A DNA stretch of 62,879 nucleotides, counting the filler, from Octopus bimaculoides (Eukaryota): the NCBI RefSeq assembly GCF_001194135.2. It is 4 parts of 4 records of this genome, joined end to end, with 100 filler letters (N's around TTAATTAATTAA, not from the genome) between each part and the next. Parts side by side here need not be neighbours in the genome. Positions count along the whole stretch, not along the records: positions 42,084 to 59,636 come from NC_069007.1; positions 59,737 to 62,879 come from NC_068991.1; 2 more parts are not named here. The stretch is one strand, 5' to 3'. Under the pieces are notes generated by a model. The model made no database searches. It was not told where the DNA came from and saw only the letters and a list, made by a program, of their open reading frames with translations. The translations under genes were made by a program, and so were the position numbers. Shown here piece after piece: positions 52,574 to 62,879 of this stretch; positions within the stretch are counted from its first letter, which is position 1; each line of letters opens with the position of its first letter.

Positions 52574-52742
52574 CAGGGTGTATAAGGTATCTGAGGACAT
52601 ACCTTTTTTAGGTTATTGCTACATTTTTTTGCTAACTCTGTATAATCTTTGTTTCAGAAAATAATAATGGCAAACCCTCAGCTTACTCAAGAAATGAAGA
52701 GGCATTCTGTTATTGTGGTTATAAAGGCTGAGCATAGCGATT
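52574..52742 (+). mobile_element. 5' end fragment of a DD37D-like Tc1/mariner element
   Basis: CAGGGTG terminus like 32339, followed by MANPQLTQEMKRHSVIVVIKAEHSD, resembling a transposase N-terminus. Confidence 0.5.
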
Positions 52743-53337
52743 TATTCTGTCATTATGACAGAATAAAACCCTCATAAATTGATAGCAATATGAACAAAAT
52801 ATAATACAATACACAGATAAACAGATGGAATTAAATAACTTTATACGTTAACAAAATTAAATTAAATTAAATTGAATAAAAAAAGAAAAAAAAGAAAGAA
52901 TAGAAAAAATAATAAGTAGATATAAACAAATAAATAAAAACAAATTAAACGAACGTGTATAAACAGGGGATACAGATAATACAGGCACCCCTCCACACAC
53001 ATGCACTTACAAAACATAGACACACATAGAGGGATACGCATGCATAGACACATACAATAGGAATACAAAATACAAAATGGCTGATCGTTAGCAAGGAGGG
53101 ACACACATATAAGAAAGAAGAAAGCAAAGGACCACTGATGAGGTCACAGAAGTGTGACGAAAGAACTCTGGCCGAAATAGGATTAATGTAAAATAAAGCT
53201 GAAGCAAATTAATACCAAATATACAGTGCGTGTGTTTTTATTGGCTAAACTGGCAACATGACCATCCTCAAATACAACAGTATCTGTTTCAACACACGAT
53301 TTCACATCAAGAATCTTACAAAACGAATATATAAACG

Positions 53338-53365
<28 letters not shown>

Positions 53366-53368
<3 letters not shown>

Positions 53369-53552
53369 TCATCATCATCGTTTGACGTCCACTTTCCATG
53401 CTAGCATGGGTTGGACGATTTGACTGAGGACTGGTGGACCAGGAGGCGACAGCAGGCTCCAATCTGATTTGGCAGAGTTTCTACAGCTGGATGCCCTTCC
53501 TAACGCCAACCACTCAGAGAGTGTAGTGGGTGATTTACGTGTCACCCACACG
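53366..53552 (-). mobile_element. Family C, 5'-truncated copy
   Basis: Same 3' 180 bp, flanked by (TA)n on both sides. Confidence 0.75.
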
Positions 53553-54319
53553 AATATATATATGCATAAATGTAGGTAGGGGGCTCCGAAAGGGGTCTCC
53601 GAAAGTAGCGTCCCTGCCTTCCTGAGTTAGTTTTCCACCACATTTCTTAAAACTCATGCTAGAGGCCTTGGTCTCAGGACCACTCATGTCTAGAAACTGA
53701 GGTTGGGGTTAAAGAAGGGCATGCTCCCCATAGAAAATCCGGCTCCAAAAGAGCCTCATGATAGTAAGGGAGAATGGGCACTAACCAGCCCAAAGGTTGG
53801 GGTGGGCTGCACCTGCCTGCTTCAGTCGCTATGGCATTGAGGTAGATCCTGCCACCCCTGTTAACGGGGACAAAACCCAGATCTAAAACACTGGATGATG
53901 ATGATGATGCTGCTGATGATGATCATATATATGCATGAATGTATATGATGTGGTAAGAAATTTGCTACCGAACTTCATGGTTCTGGGTTCAGTTCTACTG
54001 CATGGCAACTTAAGGAACTCCTTTCTACTATAGCCTTGGAGCGATCGAAGCCTTGTTAGTAGGTCTGGGAGACAGAAGCTGAAAGAGCTCATTGTATATG
54101 TGCGTGTGTGTGTTTATGTGTTTGTGTTTGTTACCTACCACAGCTTGACAACTGATGTTGGTGTGTTTATGTCCTTGTAACTTAGCAGTTCAACAAAAGG
54201 ACTGATAGAATAAGTACTAGACTTTAAAAATAAGTACCAGGATTGATTTGTTAGACTAAAACCCTTCAAGGCAGTGCTCCAGCATGGCTGCAGTCAACTG
54301 ACTGAAGTAAGAGATAAAA

Positions 54320-54364
<45 letters not shown>

Positions 54365-54367
<3 letters not shown>

Positions 54368-55732
54368 TAATAAAGATAATATTTGGTCAGAGAGTGATCA
54401 ATGGTTTTGCATCCACGAACGTTGTAGCCTCATGGATGACTACGCTGACACTAGCTTGAAGACAAATTTAACTCTTCACTTTTGGGAGGTAGAAATCTGT
54501 TATGGTCATTGGTCATTTAGTCATCCAAGAATAAACAGTCTGGTGTCAGTGAGGATGGGTTATCTCCCCTAGCTAGTTGCGGGCTGGGTGAGTGGGAAGA
54601 AGGGGTTTATCCCTTGGGCTGCTTTTAGATTGTAAGGACCTTTCTGGGCTTAGTCAGTGAATGGGGTATCCCATGCTTGCAGCAGGTAGCACTTGAAATG
54701 GAGGCATGGGCTGAAGATTTTTTAATGAGTATTCAGTGATTCAGGTTTTAGGGAGTCTTTAGGTATCCTAGCTCGCTCAGCTATGCAGAACATGCAGCAT
54801 ATGCTCCCATTGATATAGGGTTCCAGCCGACAGTGACAGAAACGTCAGCACTGATCCCAACGACCCCAGTACCAGCACTACAGCCAGAGAAGATGACCAG
54901 TAGCACCAGTGAGGCTACCGGCCCCACACCCAACATTACCACATCACCGACAGCGCTCACATCATCACTGGCAACAATAGTGCCAAAGCTACAGCTGGGG
55001 ATGATGACAACGACAGCAACCACAGTGACAGCAGCATTGCTGGACCCACGCATCGTAATGATAACAACATTGACAGCAACCCCAACAACAACAACATCCC
55101 CAAGCCCAGAACCAGTATTGTGAACTCAGCCAACACCCAAGCCTGGAAACATGTCGGGTCAACCAGGATGGGCTTCAAGCAATGCCCGCACTACCACAGG
55201 TCCTCATTCAGGATTACAGAAAGAGATTTGTCACATCCCTTGCCAGCCATGTGTGGTGCCTCAAAGATGAAGGGGTCCCATACAATATCAAGTGGAAGGT
55301 CTTAGAGTGGTAAGGACCCTACATGAACAGGAGCGTATGCTGCAAGTTTTGCATAGCTGAGTGAGCTAGGATGCTACAAGACTCCCTGAAACCCGAATAA
55401 CTGAATACTCACCACACTATGCATCCATTTCAAGTGCTACCTGCTGCAAGCATGGGATTCCCCATTCACTGACTAAGCCCAGAAGGGTCCTTCCAATCCA
55501 GAAGCAACCAAAGGGATAAGTCCCTTGTTCCCACTCTCCCAGCCCACAAATAGCTGGTCAAGGGAAGATAACCCATCCTCACTGACACCAGACTATTTAG
55601 TCTTTGATGACTAAATGACCAAGGACCGTAACAGATTTCTACCTCCTGGAGGTGAAGAGTTAAATTTATCCTCAGCCTTCGTGGATGTGAAACCATTGGT
55701 CACTCTCTGATCAGACTTTAACTTTATTACTT
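54365..55732. repeat. Long inverted repeat: arms 54365-54824 and 55312-55732 around a spacer of about 490 bp
   Basis: The reverse complement of the right arm aligns along its whole length with the left arm, for example gggcttagtcagtgaatgggg.atcccatgcttgcagcaggtagcacttgaaatgga. Roughly 80-85% identity by eye. Confidence 0.9.
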
Positions 55733-55760
55733 CCATAGTTTACTGCTCTATACTTTAGAG

Positions 55761-56088
55761 CAGTCTTTCTTAACCCTTTGCTCTTGTATAACTCTTAAAA
55801 TAAATTACATGTCTCAAGAAGCCCCTGCGCAAAAAAATTATATACCATATCTTTCTCATCGTAGTTATATGTTGTTATATTGGTTTGTTATATTGTTTTG
55901 ATAACAGAATAGGTTAGATAGGATGATGTCTATATTACAATATTACAATAACAAACAATATGTTGTGCATGTATAGTAATATTACAATCATGAAATTAGC
56001 ATTAGCTTATCTCACTCTTTCTCGGGGAACCCCTAGGAACCTTTTGCGAAATCCTAGGGTTCCAGGAAACCCCGCTTGAGAAACACTG
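55761..56088. mobile_element. hAT (Charlie-like) MITE
   Basis: Termini CAGTCTTTCTTAA / TTGAGAAACACTG, with 8-bp flanks ctttagag and ccttagac (degenerate TSD with a central TAGA). Confidence 0.7.
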
Positions 56089-56590
56089 CCTTAGACTGTG
56101 CTTGTTTTTCNNNNNNNNNNNNNNNNNNNNNNNNNNNNNNNNNNNNNNNNNNNNNNNNNNNNNNNNNNNNNNNNNNNNNNNNNNNNNNNNNNNNNNNNNN
56201 NNNNNNNNNNNNNNNNNNNNNNNNNNNNNNNNNNNNNNNNNNNNNNNNNNNNNNNNNNNNNNNNNNNNNNNNNNNNNNNNNNNNNNNNNNNNNNNNNNNN
56301 NNNNNNNNNNNNNNNNNNNNNNNNNNNNNNNNNNNNNNNNNNNNNNNNNNNNNNNNNNNNNNNNNNNNNNNNNNNNNNNNNNNNNNNNNNNNNNNNNNNN
56401 NNNNNNNNNNNNNNNNNNNNNNNNNNNNNNNNNNNNNNNNNNNNNNNNNNNNNNNNNNNNNNNNNNNNNNNNNNNNNNNNNNNNNNNNNNNNNNNNNNNN
56501 NNNNNNNNNNNNNNNNNNNNNNNNNNNNNNNNNNNNNNNNNNNNNNNNNNNNNNNNNNNNNNNNNNNNNNNNNNNNNNNNNNNNNNNNNN

Positions 56591-56639
<49 letters not shown>

Positions 56640-57035
56640 TACATACATACATACATACATACACACACGCACACTTACATGTATGTATGTATGTATATAT
56701 GTATGTATCACAAATATTCATTCGAAGCAAATTATTCTGTGACTATTCAAACTCAATAGCTACGTGCGGTCTGTCAACTTTTATCGCTTGAAGGATCACA
56801 AGGGGTATGTGCGAGCGCACGTGTAGGTGTGTGTGTGTGTGTGTGTGTGTGTTTGTGCTTTCGAGTGCCATAGTTACTGATGGAATTGGTTCGGTCTGTG
56901 CATTCACTCTTCTTTTCATCTGTAATGGTCGTCAGCGGTAATCAGATGAAAAAACACGGATTCGGTCAATCATCACAAGTTATGTGATGTAGGGCAAACA
57001 TTTGAACACCTACCTACCTACCCCTCTCTCTCTTT

Positions 57036-57098
<63 letters not shown>

Positions 57099-58363
57099 CA
57101 TTCTCACACGTGTATGTATGTATGTATGTGTATATGCGTGCATGTAAGTTCTTCTGCGTGTGTATATAAAACCGATAGACAGATAGATTCATAGACAGAT
57201 ATGGGAATCTTCGTGGATGCATATACTAATGTTTATATACGTATACTGTAATATGTGTGTGTCTGTTTGTCAATGTGTGTGCGGGGATCTTAGTCTATAT
57301 ATATATATACATGCTCGTACGTGTTCGCGTGCGTGAGTTCCTATGTTTATTTCTTATGTTTATTTCGAAACGAAAACACAATTTGGCGCCAGCTTCATCA
57401 CACTCGACGGGGTTTTTCTCGGCCCCAAATACTTCTTGCATTTGACAACATTAATGCTGTCGTTGGGTGAGAAATAAAGTAAATTAAGTAAATTAAAGTA
57501 AATTAAAATAAAAGTAACATAAAATAAAAGTAACATAAAATGGGGGGACCCAGAATCGTCGTTGTTTGTGATCTTCTTTGAATTCCGTGGGCGAGTTTCA
57601 GAATGACGAGTTCGTACCCCACTGTTGGCACATGACTTCATTTCCTTAAATCAAAACCCCTATTTTCACTTCCCTCTCAACAACATCCCCAGTATACAGC
57701 CCCACCTTCAACAACATCCCCTATTCACCCCGGACCAACCCCTCAAATAACAGTTAATTAAGTTCTTAATTAATCAAAAAGCATATTAATTCATTCCATT
57801 TGGTGAACTTTAGACGTAAGTAATATTTTAGCCGAAACAATTCACCGTTAAGAAGCTGCAGGGCCTCTTCAAAGTCGATTCGCTTGCTAGAAATACTAGC
57901 TAAATCTTCCATCAAGCTTACCATAACGACTTGATTAACAAAAAGGAAATCGCGTCGGATAATGTGGATCTAATTTCTTTGCATATATGAAAAAGATGGG
58001 ATGGCTATGGTTGGAACGTTCTTGATCATAAGTCTGCCCGAATAGGTCAGACCTGGGTTAAAGAAGACTATGCCTTTTGAATTCCTTTTTACCATTTTGT
58101 GCTGTTAAGTTCTATTCGAACCCTTCCATTGTTGATGTTGTTGTTGTTACTTCTTTAATAGACGGTCAGCCTCAATCCAGCATACCCATTGTCAAAGGCG
58201 CTCTAGTCATGACCATCCTGTCCTTATGTCTATCAAGAATTACCCTATGTATACACTATCTTGTGTATTTCCTTATCTCTAAGACGACAGACATGTTCTT
58301 AATAATTGTGTCTGAACTGCTTGCTTTTACTGACTTGTTAGTCTGTCCAAGCATGTCATAGAT

Positions 58364-59181
58364 CAGTGGTTCTCAACGAGAGTCCACATGGCCCCTGAGG
58401 GTCCATATAAGATTTTGGGGGGTCCACACAATGAAATAGTAAATTGGTGATCCACAATAGCATTTTAAGGGCCCCTGAAAAAATCTTGTTTTTGCTGTAT
58501 GCATTGATATGTATTTTAAGAAACAACCAGGTTTCTTTCTCTAAAAATTTACATGGTTCAACCTACACAAATTAATGTGCAGAAAACAAAATAGGAATTT
58601 TGAAAGAAGGGAAAGACTTCCCTTTGTNNNNNNNNNNNNNNNNNNNNNNNNNNNNNNNNNNNNNNNNNNNNNNNNNNNNNNNNNNNNNNNNNNNNNNNNN
58701 NNNNNNNNNNNNNNNNNNNNNNNNNTTACAAATGGTGGAAAATTGATTTCCTACCATTTCTTATAATAATAATGATGAGAAAGTCATAAAGATTAGGAAT
58801 TTCTATTAAAAAAGTTTCATTTCTCTATTATGTATATCCATGTCCCAGTTTGCTAATGCTAAGGCCTAAATTGTCTAACTCTATGAGATTTGCCTAACCT
58901 TGGGACATGAATACACATAATACAGAAATGAAGATTTTTAATAGAAATTCCTAATTTTTATGACTTTCTCATTATTATTATAAGCCATGGTAGGAAACCA
59001 ATTTTCCACCAATGTGTAACAGTTTTAAAAAACATTTTATGGGGTGGAGGGTACAAAAGGGAGTCTTTCTGAAAGAAATATCTATAAAGCTAACTCTAAA
59101 CATTGACTGGCTATGGGGGTCCATCAGAATAAAATAGTAATGAAAGGGGACCCACAGATAAAAGATGGTTGAGAACCTCTG
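58364..59181. mobile_element. hAT (Charlie-like) MITE with an internal palindrome
   Basis: Termini CAGTGGTTCTCAAC / GTTGAGAACCTCTG, with 8-bp flanks tcatagat and tcctcaat (5/8 match). A gap lies inside. Confidence 0.65.
58726..59019. repeat. Palindrome with arms of about 120 bp and a loop of about 50 nt
   Basis: ggtggaaaattgatttcctacca...catgtccca pairs with tgggacatg...tggtaggaaaccaattttccacc. Confidence 0.85.
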
Positions 59182-60149
59182 TCCTCAATGAATGATGTCA
59201 AATCTCTGTGGTTATACACAGGGCTGTCTTAGCAACAACCAAGCTCCTCACCCCTGGGTAAATCAATGCACTGGACCCTATAGAATTTCTTTGTTGACAG
59301 TTGAGTCCTGGGGTCAATTTAATTGGCTTTCCTGCCCCTCGAAATTTCTGGCTTTATGTCAAAATTCGAAACAGTCTGTCAATGTAGAGTGGGGCTAATC
59401 GTGTGAACTGATGTGAAATGCAGAAATCAATGATAACTAACCTAAGATTGCGACCCTGGGATCCCAACATCTGAAGGGTCCTGTCCGATCGAGATTTCTT
59501 ATTGTAGAAAGGGTTATTATTATAGAGGTCTAGTGGTGGGTAAGAGCGATGATGTTCGCAGGGAGATGGTCAGTTTTGCAGGACTTTTGGACCAGAGACT
59601 TCCAAGGATGACTTCTAGAAATCCCTAGTCTGGCTTNNNNNNNNNNNNNNNNNNNNNNNNNNNNNNNNNNNNNNNNNNNNTTAATTAATTAANNNNNNNN
59701 NNNNNNNNNNNNNNNNNNNNNNNNNNNNNNNNNNNNGATGATGACGGTGGTGGTGGTGGTGGAGATTATGATGATGATGGTGGAGGTGGTGGTGATGGTA
59801 ATGACGATGGTGATCACGATGATGATGGTGGTGATGGTGGTAATGGTGGTGGTGATGAGGATGGTGATAATGGTAGTGGTGGTGGTGGTGATGATGATCA
59901 TGACGATGATAATGATGATGATGATGGTGGTAGAGGTGGTTGTAATGACGATGATGATGATGATGATGATGATGATGATATGTGAAGGAAAAAGGAGAGG
60001 AGGAGGAGGACCACCACCATAGTAGTAGCAGTAGCAGCAGCAGCAGCAGCAGCTGCAGGAAGAGGTGGAAGAGAGGGAAAGGAAGAGAGTATGAAAATTA
60101 CAATTACCACTGCAAGATCTTTACCACTACCACTACTACTACTACTACA

Positions 60150-60212
<63 letters not shown>

Positions 60213-60920
60213 GCTAGCACCACTATACTATACTACCATCATCACCAGAACACCCAGCGACACCACCACCACTACCACCACTACCATCACTACTACTAGC
60301 ACCACGTAACACTACCACCACCACCGTCACCACAACACCCAGTATCACCACCACCACCACCACCCCCGCCATCACCTCTACTACGGAAAGTTAAGCGATG
60401 ACGACACAGTGCTGAGGCAAGAGTGACATGTATTGCCCGTTTGCTTGTTGTTCTGTGTAAAAATCCCCGCTTACCATCAACCTTTCTGCTGATTTGAACA
60501 GCAGCACCTTGGGCCCCCTTGAGCGTGAAACGTTCCTTATTTCAGACCTTAACTTTACACTTACAGCTGACACTCTCTCAGGACCCTTTACTTCTGTTGC
60601 CTGCCTTCTGTCTGTCTGTTTGTCCAACTGTCTCTCAGTCTGTTTTTCTGCCTGTCTCTCGGCTTGCTTTATCTCTCTGTCTGACTGTGTCTACGAATAA
60701 ATGCAAAGAGTATTTTGGCATACGTATCTATCTGTCTATGAATATATGTATATGGGTGTGCGTGCATGTATGAATACGTGTGCGTGAGTGTGAGGGTTGT
60801 ATGTGTATGTGTGAATATCTATATGTATATTGATAGATGGATGGATGTTTGCATATACATATATGTGTGTGTGTATATACATGTATGCTTGATGTATGTA
60901 CTAATGAATGTATGAATGCT

Positions 60921-60951
<31 letters not shown>

Positions 60952-61011
60952 TTTTGTGAGTGTGTGTGTGTGTGCGTGTGTATGTATCTGGAGATAAATA
61001 AACAAATAGAG

Positions 61012-61068
<57 letters not shown>

Positions 61069-61495
61069 CACGAACAAGTATATACATACGTGTATGCATA
61101 CATTTGTACAGATAAACATATACATACATACATAAGTACGTACGTACACATACACACACATAGGTGCGTGTGTAATTGTGTGTGTATTTGTGTGTATATA
61201 TGTATGTGTATATGAGTGTATGTCTGTACAGATGTATGCATACACGTCTGTATACAAGCACCATAAATACATCGAGACGGCGAAAAATAGTAGGAAAAGC
61301 ACTTGAGTACACATACATACACAAACGATGTACTCAAAACACAAACTGTCATACACATGCATACATATGTACAAACGCTGGCATACACACACGGACGCTG
61401 TACTAAACAACTACACTATACTAAAGAGCCATCGCACACTCAATCTTCTATATCTGCATAAACACGCATATATGCACGCGTACAAACACACACGT

Positions 61496-61548
<53 letters not shown>

Positions 61549-61818
61549 TAGACACAAACAAACACAAACACACACACATACAGACACAAACAAACACACA
61601 TACACACATTCTTGTGTTTGGGTTACTCTTCTACGCAGATACGCACAGTGATTTGCATCCAGTTCCTTTGCATATATCTTTTCAGCCTAGTACTCATTCT
61701 ATCGGGATCTTCTGTCGAACCGCTAATTGGGTGGACGTAAACAGACCAGCACCGGTTGTCAAGCAGTGATGCGGGTACAAAGGGACAAACACAGAACAAC
61801 AGAAACACACACATATAT

Positions 61819-61877
<59 letters not shown>

Positions 61878-61965
61878 TAATAATAATGATAATAATAATA
61901 ATAATAATAAAAGTGACAACAAAAGAATGAGGACTCGATATTAGGTAAATAGAGGATGTTTATAT

Positions 61966-62115
61966 ATGTATAGTTTAGTACAATCAGTAAGTTGTCATAA
62001 CAGTGCTCGGAGTTTCAAATGCCATTAATAGCCGATGAGAATGCATCGTAGCTCTTAGCTCCGGCATTTGAAACTCCCAATACTATTATGACAACTTACT
62101 GATTGTCCTAAACTA

Positions 62116-62120
<5 letters not shown>
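61966..62120. repeat. Palindromic hairpin/MITE-like element (58-bp arms, 37-nt loop)
   Basis: atgtatagtttagtacaatcagtaagttgtcataa...gagtttcaaatgcc pairs with ggcatttgaaactc...ttatgacaacttactgattgtcctaaactatacat. Confidence 0.85.
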
Positions 62121-62204
<84 letters not shown>

Positions 62205-62879
62205 CTGCATATATGGGTACGGTGTTCACCAACGGTGCAAACAAAATGAAAGACGTAAATAAAGGAGGGAAAGCGAGTGAAATACGGGAACAACGATAAA
62301 AAAGGGAAAACGGGACAAGTTAACACAGAGAAACGATCCTTCATCAGTTGTCGGCTGTCTATCTACTCTTCATTTCAAGCACTCAACTACAATATGAGTC
62401 TTCAAAGACAGTTGCTCCCATAAATTCTAAAATAAAATTCAGGATTTGTGGAGGGCCAAAGTTAGGAACAAAAAATGATGGTGGAGACATACAAGGAAAC
62501 CGAATGAAAACAAATATGGAGGGTCGTTAGACCAGAACGAGAGGAAAATAGTGAACGCTAGGAGAAACATTTTTTTTAAAAGAGAAAACATAGAAGAGAG
62601 AAAGAAAAAAGATAGAAGGGAGAGAGCAAAACACGTCCGCTCGTTTGAATGTATGTGCAGGAAAAGAAAGATGGACAATGGTCACGTGTGAGCAACGAGA
62701 GAGAGAGTTAGAAAAAAGAACGAGGGGTAAAGGAGACAGACAGACAGACTTAATCCCCTTGTCTGTCCTTGTTTGTCCCCTCTATGTTTAGCCCCTTGTG
62801 GGCAATAAAGAAATAAGACAGACAGACAGATACAAAACGAATGGACGTGTTTTTTCTCTCTCTCTCTCTCTCTCTCTCT

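Noticed and set aside
53050-53200. Hydrophobic minus-strand frame after a cag acceptor as the signal-peptide exon
   Set aside because: There is no convincing phase-1 donor, and the segment overlaps a hammerhead-like repeat on the plus strand.
634-56791. Many long ORFs containing X runs or CV/HT/YI/LS dipeptide repeats
   Set aside because: They are translations of N gaps and di- or tetranucleotide microsatellites.

Overview
This is eukaryotic, AT-rich, microsatellite-saturated draft-assembly DNA with many N gaps. The SINE, LINE and transposon content resembles an octopus (coleoid cephalopod) genome; that assignment is an inference, not a database result. Most of the window is repeat debris: three tRNA-type or tRNA-like SINE families, an RTE-tailed element, L1/Tx1, R4/Dong and Penelope-like retroelements, a full-length decayed mariner, Tc1 and DD37D fragments, hAT MITEs and several palindromic hairpin elements. 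One spliced host gene is visible on the minus strand, which the ORF track shows only in pieces. It has three phase-1/phase-1 exons (50310-50083, 49906-49541, 45556-45386) encoding a reduced SUEL/Gal-lectin-like domain, a divergent CUB domain with an extra Cys pair, and a linker. Its 5' exon(s) and C-terminus are uncertain. The most unusual non-coding signals are (i) a set of type-I hammerhead-ribozyme motifs, one with an intact catalytic core in the sense orientation inside the gene's intron (46603-46704), and (ii) a 1.37-kb inverted-repeat structure with about 420-460-bp arms (54365-55732). No bacterial-type features, CRISPR arrays, rRNA or genuine tRNA genes are supported.
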